Origin: Dehalococcoidia bacterium UBA7891
Lineage (GTDB): Bacteria > Chloroflexota > Dehalococcoidia > Lucifugimonadales > UBA826
NCBI GenBank assembly: GCA_002500485.1
Contig: DLRJ01000117.1
Span: 69,226-133,225 of the forward strand
Reading direction: 5' to 3'
DNA: 64,000 bases
The notes under the pieces were generated by a model. That model did not search any database. It saw only the letters and a program-made list of their open reading frames with translations, and was not told the DNA's origin. Both the position numbers and the translations under genes were made by a program. How positions within the stretch are numbered: the first letter of the stretch is position 1; the number at the start of each line of letters is the position of its first letter. Below are positions 56,222 through 64,000 of this stretch, piece after piece.

Positions 56222-56335
56222 TTGAAAGCTTTCATAATTTAAAAATATGAACCAATATTTGGTTCCTCTGTATAATTTCAAAGTATAAGACCTGAAATCT
56301 TACTGTAAAGAACCAAGAGTAATGTCGAAAGATTT

Positions 56336-57553
56336 ATGAATATAGAAAATCTTTTAGAAAAAACGCTTACAAACCCTCAGTACGAAGCGATAAGAATGCT
56401 GGGGGACCAGTTTCATAAAATGGGAATCCGTGCTTTTTTGGTTGGAGGAACCGTAAGAGATTTGCTTCTAGAAAGGGAAGTCTCAGACATCGATATTATC
56501 GTGGAATCAGACCCTTCGAAACTATTGAATAAATTTGAGCCACAATATCAATTAGATGTGATTTCTAACTCGCAGTTCAACACCTGCAAGATAAAATTTT
56601 TAAACCAAATAGTGGATCTGGCGATGGCAAGAAAAGAGGTATATCCAGCCTCTGGAGCATTACCTGAGGTAACTTCAGCCTCGATTGAAGATGATTTAGG
56701 GAGGAGAGATTTTTCAATAAATTCCTTGGCAGCCTGTATTAATCCTTCAAACTGGGGGGAAGTCCTCGATTTGCATAAGGGGTTAGAAGACCTACATTCA
56801 AAGCAGGTAAGAATTTTGCAGTCCGAATCCTTTAAAAATGACCCGACGCGAATATTTAGATGCATACGCTACTCCGGGAGGCTGGGGTTTTCTATTGAAA
56901 ATGAAACGCAAACCCAATTGCTGCACGACATAACAGATATAAATTTGTTAAGTGGGGTACGCATAACCAATGAATTAGTCAAGATTTTTTCGGAAAAGAG
57001 CCTAAACTCTATTTTGGATCTAATGGACCAATTTGAAGTTTCAAGACATATTCACTCTGGATTTCCGAAAGGATCGGGGTTTCCTAAGAGAAAAAAACTG
57101 TTGAAAAATATCAGGATTCCTACTTTAGAATTCCCCCTTTGCGTGCTGATTTCATTAATTGAAGCCGATCATAGAATGGATTTAATCAAGAGACTTGATT
57201 TAGGAAATAAGTTGGCAAAATTTGGGGCAGATTTAAATCGCATCGAACTTATCGCAGCAGACTCCTCACGCAGCGAAATTTACAAACAACTCACAGATGT
57301 CTCTGAAATTACAATATCAGTAGCTAAAGCATATGCCTCAAAAGAGCTTAGAAATAATCTGGACCTATTTGTAAATGAATTAAAAGCTATTAATTTGTGT
57401 ATCGACGGCGAAGACCTTATAAATATTGGTATACCTCAAGGTCCAAAAATTGGGAATATATTGGCCAAAATTCTTGAAGATATGATTGACTCTGGCCAAC
57501 AGTCTAAGTCTGGTCAGATTCGTATGGCTAAGAAGCTTTTATGTGATTCTTAA
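56336..57553 (+). CDS. class II tRNA nucleotidyltransferase / poly(A) polymerase family protein (no HD domain)
   Basis: Head-domain motifs FLVGGTVRDLLL and SDIDI, RDFSINSLA, RIFRCIRY. 405 aa with no C-terminal HD phosphohydrolase. Confidence 0.8.
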   Translation: MNIENLLEKTLTNPQYEAIRMLGDQFHKMGIRAFLVGGTVRDLLLEREVSDIDIIVESDPSKLLNKFEPQYQLDVISNSQFNTCKIKFLNQIVDLAMARKEVYPASGALPEVTSASIEDDLGRRDFSINSLAACINPSNWGEVLDLHKGLEDLHSKQVRILQSESFKNDPTRIFRCIRYSGRLGFSIENETQTQLLHDITDINLLSGVRITNELVKIFSEKSLNSILDLMDQFEVSRHIHSGFPKGSGFPKRKKLLKNIRIPTLEFPLCVLISLIEADHRMDLIKRLDLGNKLAKFGADLNRIELIAADSSRSEIYKQLTDVSEITISVAKAYASKELRNNLDLFVNELKAINLCIDGEDLINIGIPQGPKIGNILAKILEDMIDSGQQSKSGQIRMAKKLLCDS

Positions 57554-58968
57554 CCCAAGGATGTGTCTGAAACTCCTGGTTCTGTCATAGATTCCGGGTC
57601 AAGTATTTTCTGTAATTCTTGTTTATTCAAATCCGTTTCAACAAGAGCCACTTCCATGATCGTCTGACCGGTTTGTTGGGCTTTATGTGCTAATTCTGCA
57701 GATTTATCGTATCCAATATGTGGAACTAAAGTAGTCACTATAGCAAGACCTTTTTCAACCATCTCGGGACCTTTGGTGGTCGCCTTAAGTCCTTCTATAC
57801 ATTGCTCAGCCAGGTTTGAGGAGGCCGTTGCTAAAAGATCGATAGATTGTAAAAGATTATAGGCTGCTACAGGCATCATTACGTTGATTTCAAAATTTCC
57901 TGATTGGCCAGCTATTGCAACAGTCATATCGTTTCCTATGACCTGAGCTGCTACTTGACACACTGACTCAGGTATGACTGGGTTGACTTTACCTGGCATT
58001 ATAGAACTGCCCGGTTGTACTTCTGGAAGTTCAATTTCACCAAATCCTCCCCGAGGCCCTGAACCCATCCATCTCACATCGTTGGCTATTTTCATCAAAC
58101 TCACTGCGATTGTTTTCATCGCACCACTGGCTTCTACTATATTGTCTAAGGTACTTTGAGCTTGGAAATGATTGGATGTTTCTCTAATTTCTATCCCAGC
58201 GGATTTCGTCAATTTTTCGCAGACTCTTTTAGCAAACTCTGGATGTGTGTTTACTCCTGTTCCAACCGCTGTGCCACCTAAGGCGACTTCCCCGAGTTCT
58301 TGAACAGCGTGTTCTGCGCGCCGAATGCCTCTATTTATTTGTCCTGCATGTCCGGAAAATTCCTGACCGAGACGAACAGGAGTCGCGTCCTGTAGATGCG
58401 TTCTTCCCGTTTTAATTATCGGCATGAATTCTTGAGATTTGACATTGAGGGAGGCGGATAATTTTTCTAAAGATGGAATTAAATCACTTGTTATAGCTTT
58501 GGCGGCAGCCAAATGTATCGATGTTGGTATGACATCGTTCGAAGATTGACCGGTATTTACGTGATCGTTAGGGTGTACGGGATACCGGGAACCCAGTTCA
58601 CCACCGAGTATTTCAATTGCCCTATTTGAAATTACTTCATTAGCATTCATATTTGTCGAAGTTCCCGAACCAGTTTGAAATATGTCCACGACAAATTGGT
58701 CATCAAATTTGCCGCCTGATACCTCTGTTGCGGATTTTATGATGGCTTCCCCTAATTTTGAATCTAACAATCCTAGTTCAATATTTGTTTCGGCAGCAGC
58801 TAATTTCACCATAGATATTGCTTCGATGAAAGAGCGGGAGAAACGAAGATTACTTATTGGAAAATTAATCACTGCTCTCATCGTATTAGCACCATAATAA
58901 GCTTCCGACGGTACTTGGAATTCTCCCATGGAGTCTCGTTCGCTTCTAAATGTTTGGGTTTCTGACAA
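57550..58968 (-). CDS. aspartate ammonia-lyase / class II fumarase family enzyme (AspA-like)
   Basis: Signature GSSIMPGKVNPVIPE. The N-terminal ...VPSEAYYGANTMRAVINF and the NPV.PE after the SS loop look more AspA-like than FumC-like. Confidence 0.85.
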   Translation of the reverse strand: MSETQTFRSERDSMGEFQVPSEAYYGANTMRAVINFPISNLRFSRSFIEAISMVKLAAAETNIELGLLDSKLGEAIIKSATEVSGGKFDDQFVVDIFQTGSGTSTNMNANEVISNRAIEILGGELGSRYPVHPNDHVNTGQSSNDVIPTSIHLAAAKAITSDLIPSLEKLSASLNVKSQEFMPIIKTGRTHLQDATPVRLGQEFSGHAGQINRGIRRAEHAVQELGEVALGGTAVGTGVNTHPEFAKRVCEKLTKSAGIEIRETSNHFQAQSTLDNIVEASGAMKTIAVSLMKIANDVRWMGSGPRGGFGEIELPEVQPGSSIMPGKVNPVIPESVCQVAAQVIGNDMTVAIAGQSGNFEINVMMPVAAYNLLQSIDLLATASSNLAEQCIEGLKATTKGPEMVEKGLAIVTTLVPHIGYDKSAELAHKAQQTGQTIMEVALVETDLNKQELQKILDPESMTEPGVSDTSLG

Positions 58969-59076
58969 TTGACTACTCCAAAGTTTGCTGGTTGAAATTT
59001 TAGGCCGTTATTTCTTGATTCCAACTACGGCATCAAGTAAATGATAATTTATTAACCTTTGCATACCTATATTAGC

Positions 59077-59721
59077 CTATAAAGTTTCCTTAATAAATTC
59101 GGAACTCAACTCGCCGACTAAATCACTGTGTTCTCTAAAGAAATGATCTGCTCCGGTTATCACTTCTGTCTTCTTCGGTTCTGACATTCTGTTAGCTAAA
59201 AACTTAAATTGTCCAAGAGTAAAATCATGATCCCTGTCACCGAGTATCAGTAACTTTGGTTGAGTTATTTGGACTGTGCCATATTGAGCGAACTTATTTT
59301 GTGGGCATGCAATTGATACAAGAGATTTGATTAAATTACTTCTCAAGGCTGATTCTAATGCCATCCAGGCTCCGAAAGAATAGCCAATAATTCCTAGGCG
59401 GCTGCCATCAATTTTTGGATTAGAACTTGTCAGATTAACTACCGCATTTGTATCTAGCAATTCATTGGTGCCTTCCCCGGGTTCTCCGCTGCTCATTCCG
59501 ACACCTCTTTGGTTAAACCGTAGTGTAGCTATTCCGCTATTCAGTAAACGGCTGGAAATTTGGTTCAGGACGATATCGAACATATTACCTCCATATCGAG
59601 GATGTGGATGGCAAAGGATAACGCAAGGAGGTCTTTTGATTTGGTTAGGTGTTTCCAAAAGGGATTCAAGTTCGGAAGTTTCGGTTGATAATGTCGCTAA
59701 TTCTTTGGTTACATCAGTCAT
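59077..59721 (-). CDS. alpha/beta hydrolase (short, dienelactone-hydrolase-like)
   Basis: HPHPRYGG, nucleophile elbow GYSFGAW, late GDRDH and GADHFF. Confidence 0.7.
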   Translation of the reverse strand: MTDVTKELATLSTETSELESLLETPNQIKRPPCVILCHPHPRYGGNMFDIVLNQISSRLLNSGIATLRFNQRGVGMSSGEPGEGTNELLDTNAVVNLTSSNPKIDGSRLGIIGYSFGAWMALESALRSNLIKSLVSIACPQNKFAQYGTVQITQPKLLILGDRDHDFTLGQFKFLANRMSEPKKTEVITGADHFFREHSDLVGELSSEFIKETL

Positions 59722-59869
59722 ATAATTACCCTGAGAAAATAATAATGGCCATAAACAGTGATCAATTCAAAGTTAAAAATAAGCATAAGTATAGTAATTA
59801 AGAAAAGCCGTTGCTAGAATCAATATATAAAAGTAAAAGTCCGAATTAATTTACCTTGGTGAAAGTTAT

Positions 59870-60898
59870 ATGACGAAAGTTGATCTTAGAAGCGACACAG
59901 TTACCCATCCATCCCCTGAAATGAGGGAAGCCATAGCCGAGGCGGAAATCGGGGATGATGTATTTAATGATGATCCGTCAGTTAACAAACTTGAAGAAAT
60001 TGCGGCAGCGAAAGTAGGAAAAGAAGCTGCTGTGTTTGTTGCAAGCGGGACGATGGGCAACCTAATTTCTGTCCTATCTCATTGCGGAAGAGGCGACGAA
60101 ATTATCCTTGGTGACAAATCTCACATTTTCCGTTCAGAAGCCGGCGGCGCTGCAGCTCTCGGAGGAGTTTCGTACCATACAGTTAGGAATGATGCCCGCG
60201 GAATGCTTGATCCTTCTGAAGTTGAAGAGGCCATAAGAGATTCAACGAATAGCCATAATCCCCACACTGCAGTTATAGCTATAGAGAACACTCAAAACAG
60301 CTGTGGTGGTAGGGTACTTACTCCGCAAGATACCGAACTGATCGCAAATGTAGCCCATAACTATGAGCTGCCACTTCATGTGGACGGGGCTAGGATATTC
60401 AATGCGGCAGTCAAACTGGAAACCCCTGTTGACGCAATGTTGAAGGAGGCCGACACGGTGAGTTTTTGTTTGTCAAAAGGACTTAGTTGTCCTGTGGGCT
60501 CGATCGTGGCAGGGACTCACGAATTCGTCGAAGAGGCTAGAAGATGGAGGAAAATGGTTGGTGGGGGGATGAGGCAAGCTGGCTTTCTCGCCGCGGCCGG
60601 TATCGTTGCCTTAGACCAGATGGTTGATCGTTTGGCTGAGGACCATGCCAACGCAAAGAAATTGGCAGAAGGATTATCCAAAATAGATGGTGTAGCGATA
60701 GACCCAGACTCGGTTGACACGAATTTAGTTTTCTTTGAAGTCGAACACCCTAATAAGAATGAATTGATGAAAAAATTAGAGTCGGAAGGAATAAAAGGAG
60801 CTTCACCGTATTCCCGGTGGAGGTTCGTGACCCACTACGGGGTGGATTCCCAAGATATAGATTATGTTTTGGAAGTTATGGCCGATGCTATGAGATGA
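59870..60898 (+). CDS. low-specificity L-threonine aldolase (PLP-dependent)
   Basis: DLRSDTVT.P, GDDV..DDP, SGTM.N, FCLSKGL (PLP lysine). Confidence 0.85.
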   Translation: MTKVDLRSDTVTHPSPEMREAIAEAEIGDDVFNDDPSVNKLEEIAAAKVGKEAAVFVASGTMGNLISVLSHCGRGDEIILGDKSHIFRSEAGGAAALGGVSYHTVRNDARGMLDPSEVEEAIRDSTNSHNPHTAVIAIENTQNSCGGRVLTPQDTELIANVAHNYELPLHVDGARIFNAAVKLETPVDAMLKEADTVSFCLSKGLSCPVGSIVAGTHEFVEEARRWRKMVGGGMRQAGFLAAAGIVALDQMVDRLAEDHANAKKLAEGLSKIDGVAIDPDSVDTNLVFFEVEHPNKNELMKKLESEGIKGASPYSRWRFVTHYGVDSQDIDYVLEVMADAMR

Positions 60899-60975
60899 TA
60901 ACCTCATCGTTTGTGCCGGCATCACACCATTGCCTTTAATATTGACCCTATAGCGTTACCAGGCGCGTTTTATTT

Positions 60976-62178
60976 ATGCTCCTCCTGTTTAAAAATAAGT
61001 CTTTTCGGCGTTTTTTCTATGGTCTCTTGTTCGACGACGCCGCCATGATGGTAAGTCCTATGCTCCAAGGTTGGATTGTTTTAATTCAGACAGATTCCGC
61101 GTTCTGGGTTGGGGCTACTGCGGGAGTTTCAGGGGTTGGGATGACATTATTTAGCCCCCTGGCCGGAGTTTTAATAGACCGTTACAACAGAAAAATATTG
61201 TTGTTGCTTACACAGGCTATTCAAATAGTTCTAGTCGCCATTTTAGGGATAGCAGCTTTTTATGAACTACTAGAGGTATGGCACGTGTTGGGGTATGGGT
61301 TCTGTGCAGGGGCTTTCCATGCTGTAAGGCTTCCTTGCAAAATGGCTATGACTTTAGATTTAGTAGGCCCTAAAAATCTCCTTAAGGGAACTGCAGCTAA
61401 CTTCTTTTCTATGACAGTTATGGGAGTTTTAGCACCGTTGGCAGGTGGATGGCTTATCGATCGGGAAATTTATTTGGGATTTGCCTTAATGCTCATATCC
61501 TTGCTTGTATCGAGTTCAATTTTCTTAAATCTCAAGAATATAAAATCTCCAGAAATATCTGGCTCGTCTCATTTGGAGGATTTAGTTTATGGTGCAAAGT
61601 ATGTGGCCAAAAACACACTAGTTCGTTCTTTGATACTTGCAATTTTGGTCACAGAAATTTTTGGATGGGCCGTTGAATCTATGTTGCCAGTAATCGCAAG
61701 AGATGAACTTGGATTAGATGCTCGAGGATTAGGGGTTCTCATGTCAGTAGGGGCGTTAGGAGCCGCAATATCTACGGTAATCATGACTGCAATGCCAGAT
61801 GTAGAAAATAAGGGGAAGCTGGTGATTTATGGACTGTTTGGATTTGGTTTTGGATTGATTGCTTTTGCATTTTCTGATGTTTTATTTTTATCGATGATTT
61901 TACTGGCTTTTGCCTACGGTTCTGGGGTGATTTACGAAAGTGGGCTATCCACACTACTTCAAACATCGGTTCCGGATAGTATGAGAGGTAGAGTTTTAAG
62001 TTTTCAATCTTTATGTTGGGGGTTTAGTGGGTCAGCAGGATTTCACGCCGGGGTGATTGCCGCAATTTTGGGTGCCCCAATTGCTGTAGCGGCAGGTGGA
62101 GCAGTGGTGATAATTAATGGGACGCGAATAGCTAAAAATATGATATCCATAGGAGCCAAGGTGGCTTCGGGGAAGTGA
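60976..62178 (+). CDS. MFS transporter
   Basis: About 12 TM helices with the loop 2-3 motif GVLIDRYNRK. Confidence 0.85.
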   Translation: MLLLFKNKSFRRFFYGLLFDDAAMMVSPMLQGWIVLIQTDSAFWVGATAGVSGVGMTLFSPLAGVLIDRYNRKILLLLTQAIQIVLVAILGIAAFYELLEVWHVLGYGFCAGAFHAVRLPCKMAMTLDLVGPKNLLKGTAANFFSMTVMGVLAPLAGGWLIDREIYLGFALMLISLLVSSSIFLNLKNIKSPEISGSSHLEDLVYGAKYVAKNTLVRSLILAILVTEIFGWAVESMLPVIARDELGLDARGLGVLMSVGALGAAISTVIMTAMPDVENKGKLVIYGLFGFGFGLIAFAFSDVLFLSMILLAFAYGSGVIYESGLSTLLQTSVPDSMRGRVLSFQSLCWGFSGSAGFHAGVIAAILGAPIAVAAGGAVVIINGTRIAKNMISIGAKVASGK

Positions 62179-62185
62179 TTGACTG

Positions 62186-63514
62186 TTATTCCTTGTATTC
62201 CTCTTTCCACCATTTGTTTAGCCGTTCTGCTATAAATTTTTCATAACCCAAATTCCCCGGCAAGTAAAAATCGTTGCTCCCAAGATTTTCTGGGAGATTT
62301 TCTGATCTGACAAAATGTTCTGGATAATCATGGGCATACTTGTAACCTTGGCCGTATTTCTCCCGTGACATTAAATCAGTCACAGGATTGCGTAAATGAA
62401 GTGGGACTGGATTTTCTCCTGAAGATTTAATTTCGGACATTGCAGCATTTATCGCTTTATAGGCAGAGTTACTTTTAGGAGCGGAGGCTAGGTATATTGT
62501 TGCCTCTGATAGTATGATTCGAGCTTCTGGCATTCCCACGAAATGGGCAGCTTGTTGAGCGGAAACAGCAATTGTCAGTGCTCTGGGATCAGCTAATCCT
62601 ATGTCTTCACTAGCCAATATAACAAGCCTTCTGGCTATGAACATGAGGTCTTCCCCGGCCAAGAGTAGCCTGGCTAACCAATACACAGAAGCGTCAGGGT
62701 CTGAGGCTCGGACAGATTTTATAAACGCAGATATCGTGTCAAAGTGTTTGTCTCCCGCTTTATCATGCGGAAGAGCCTTCGTTTCTATTACCTCATCCAA
62801 CAATGATCTACTTATTAATATTTCATTGCCTTGGATAGAGGTAGAGTCTGCTGCCAGTTCTAATGTGTTCAAGGCCCATCTGGCATCCCCACTGGACAAT
62901 GCCGCTATATCTTGGAGCACTCCGTCTTCAATGGAAAGATTTCTTTTTTCTAAACCTTTCTCTGAATCATTCAGAGCATTGGTTAATATGTGGACGATGT
63001 CTTTCTTTTCAAGGCCATTTAATGTGAACACTCTACATCGTGATAAAAGAGGAGAAATTATTTCGAAGGACGGATTTTCTGTGGTGGCGCCTATGAAAGT
63101 GACAGTGCCATCTTCTACATGTGGCAGTATTGCATCTTGTTGTGCTTTATTAAATCGATGAATTTCGTCAATAAAAAGAGCAGTCCTTTGCCCTGACATT
63201 CCTAGCCGGGATCTAGATTCGGCAATTATTTTTCTCAACTCAGACACTCCAGAAGTGACAGCACTGATTTTTTCGAGATGGAAATTCGAAGTTGAAGTTA
63301 TAAGGTTTGCTAGGGAGGTTTTACCGGTCCCCGGTGGCCCCCATAAAATAAATGAAGGGATCCTCCCTGCGTCGATACTTCTTCGGAGGGGGCTATTTTT
63401 GCCAGTTAAATGAGCCTGACCTACTATGTCATCAAGACTGGTTGGCCGCATTCTCGCTGCCAAAGGGGCGTTATTGGTCAGGTGTCGGCTCGCCTCAAAA
63501 TCAAACATGTTCAT
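62186..63514 (-). CDS. rarA: replication-associated recombination protein A (AAA+ MgsA/RarA)
   Basis: PLAARMRP..LDDIVGQ, GPPGTGKTS, FIDEIHRFNK, C-terminal MgsA domain (YLPG...YE). ATG 63514 (GAGG 8 nt upstream) is preferred to the track start at 63574. Confidence 0.9.
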   Translation of the reverse strand: MNMFDFEASRHLTNNAPLAARMRPTSLDDIVGQAHLTGKNSPLRRSIDAGRIPSFILWGPPGTGKTSLANLITSTSNFHLEKISAVTSGVSELRKIIAESRSRLGMSGQRTALFIDEIHRFNKAQQDAILPHVEDGTVTFIGATTENPSFEIISPLLSRCRVFTLNGLEKKDIVHILTNALNDSEKGLEKRNLSIEDGVLQDIAALSSGDARWALNTLELAADSTSIQGNEILISRSLLDEVIETKALPHDKAGDKHFDTISAFIKSVRASDPDASVYWLARLLLAGEDLMFIARRLVILASEDIGLADPRALTIAVSAQQAAHFVGMPEARIILSEATIYLASAPKSNSAYKAINAAMSEIKSSGENPVPLHLRNPVTDLMSREKYGQGYKYAHDYPEHFVRSENLPENLGSNDFYLPGNLGYEKFIAERLNKWWKEEYKE

Positions 63515-63604
63515 CGTTTTAGCCTCGATGGATGTGTAAAAATGGTTTGGCTCACGTAATGCAATAGTGTACAAGAATCAGCGAGTTATTGATTGGAGAC
63601 TAAG

Positions 63605-63910
63605 ATGCAGAAATCCTTGATTTGTGGCAGGTGTAAAGAAACGATAAACGGTTCAACTTATTTAGTCAGTCCAAATGGTTCGTCTGAGTATCGGCACTTT
63701 TGGTGTTTATTGGCGTATTTTCCAATGTTAAACCGCTCCTTAATGGCTGCAGGCCTGGTTGGAACAATATTAATTCTGTTGAACCAGGGCGATTTTATAG
63801 TTTCTGGTAATTTCTATAGGGCCCTAATTTGGAAGATACCACTTACATATATAGTGCCATTCTGCGTGGCCACTTGGGGGGCTGTTACCAACTGTAAATT
63901 TATAGATTAG
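63605..63910 (+). CDS. NrtS-like small membrane protein with Cys/His N-terminal extension
   Basis: The C-terminal part AAGLVGTILILLNQGD...W.K.PLTYIVPFCVATWGA matches my recollection of the NrtS family. The N-terminus carries CGRC...H..C. ATG 63605 has a GGAG RBS. Confidence 0.45.
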   Translation: MQKSLICGRCKETINGSTYLVSPNGSSEYRHFWCLLAYFPMLNRSLMAAGLVGTILILLNQGDFIVSGNFYRALIWKIPLTYIVPFCVATWGAVTNCKFID

Positions 63911-64000
63911 AACGATAATTCCAATACAGCTATTGTGGCTCCGGGCCCTCCTTCGGCAGGTGGGGCTGGATAGTATCTTTCAACGTCGGGATGTTCAGAC
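63907..64000 (-). CDS. 3' end of an unidentified CDS running into the window edge
   Basis: The open minus-strand frame ends ...PDVERYYPAPPAEGGPGATIAVLELSF-TAA (stop 63909-63907). That stop overlaps the stop of the convergent NrtS-like gene. Confidence 0.3.
   Translation of the reverse strand, partial: SEHPDVERYYPAPPAEGGPGATIAVLELSF

Noticed and set aside
57550-58968. Labelling the lyase as fumarate hydratase FumC.
   Set aside because: The N-terminal AYYG..T.RA..NF and the NPVIPE after the SS loop look more like aspartate ammonia-lyase. It is left at family level (AspA-like) because the two cannot be separated reliably by eye.
1-64000. Whole-window scan for tRNA/rRNA/tmRNA-like sequence, CRISPR repeats, IS termini, integrases, toxin-antitoxin pairs or defence genes.
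   Set aside because: Nothing recognisable was found. No T-loop GGTTCGAATC-type motifs were noticed, no spaced direct repeats, and no transposase-, recombinase- or defence-like proteins appear in any frame. The HNH protein (4017..4544) is a stand-alone conserved type with no partner genes.

Overview
By eye this is an AT-rich, very tightly packed chromosomal segment with about 67 protein-coding genes. I recognised no rRNA, tRNA, CRISPR array, transposase or integrase.

Most of the window is housekeeping:
- The classical co-directional block rpsB-tsf-pyrH-frr-uppS-cdsA-dxr-rseP-ispG-proS lies at 40.4-50.1 kb on the minus strand.
- Other core genes are ispD-ispF-cysS, gatB, secG, a yvcK-like gene, argS, holB, htpX and rarA.
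- Four MEP-pathway genes (ispD, ispF, ispG, dxr) fall in this one window.

Between these sit paralogue-rich catabolic genes: SDRs, MaoC hydratases, an LLM-type flavin monooxygenase, an enolase-superfamily enzyme, a ThDP enzyme, an Ldh_2 dehydrogenase and alpha/beta hydrolases. That gene content, the short EF-Ts and the streamlined architecture suggest a marine Chloroflexota (SAR202/Dehalococcoidia-like) genome. This is inference only; no marker RNA is present.

Two things stand out:
1. A seven-gene corrinoid-dependent methyl-transfer cluster at 14.5-20.4 kb on the minus strand. It encodes a MetH-type homocysteine S-methyltransferase domain protein, a B12-binding corrinoid protein, an MtaA-like zinc methyltransferase and a RACo/RamA-type reductive activator. 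It also encodes a small 'virulence-factor'-family protein and two uncharacterised proteins: a 224-aa internally duplicated Cys/His protein and an 81-aa four-Cys protein. No pterin-binding module is present.
2. selD is a selenoprotein gene. An in-frame UGA occupies the catalytic Cys/Sec position and a candidate SECIS hairpin lies downstream. The ORF track truncated this gene at an internal TTG.

Several start codons were revised relative to the ORF track using RBS placement.
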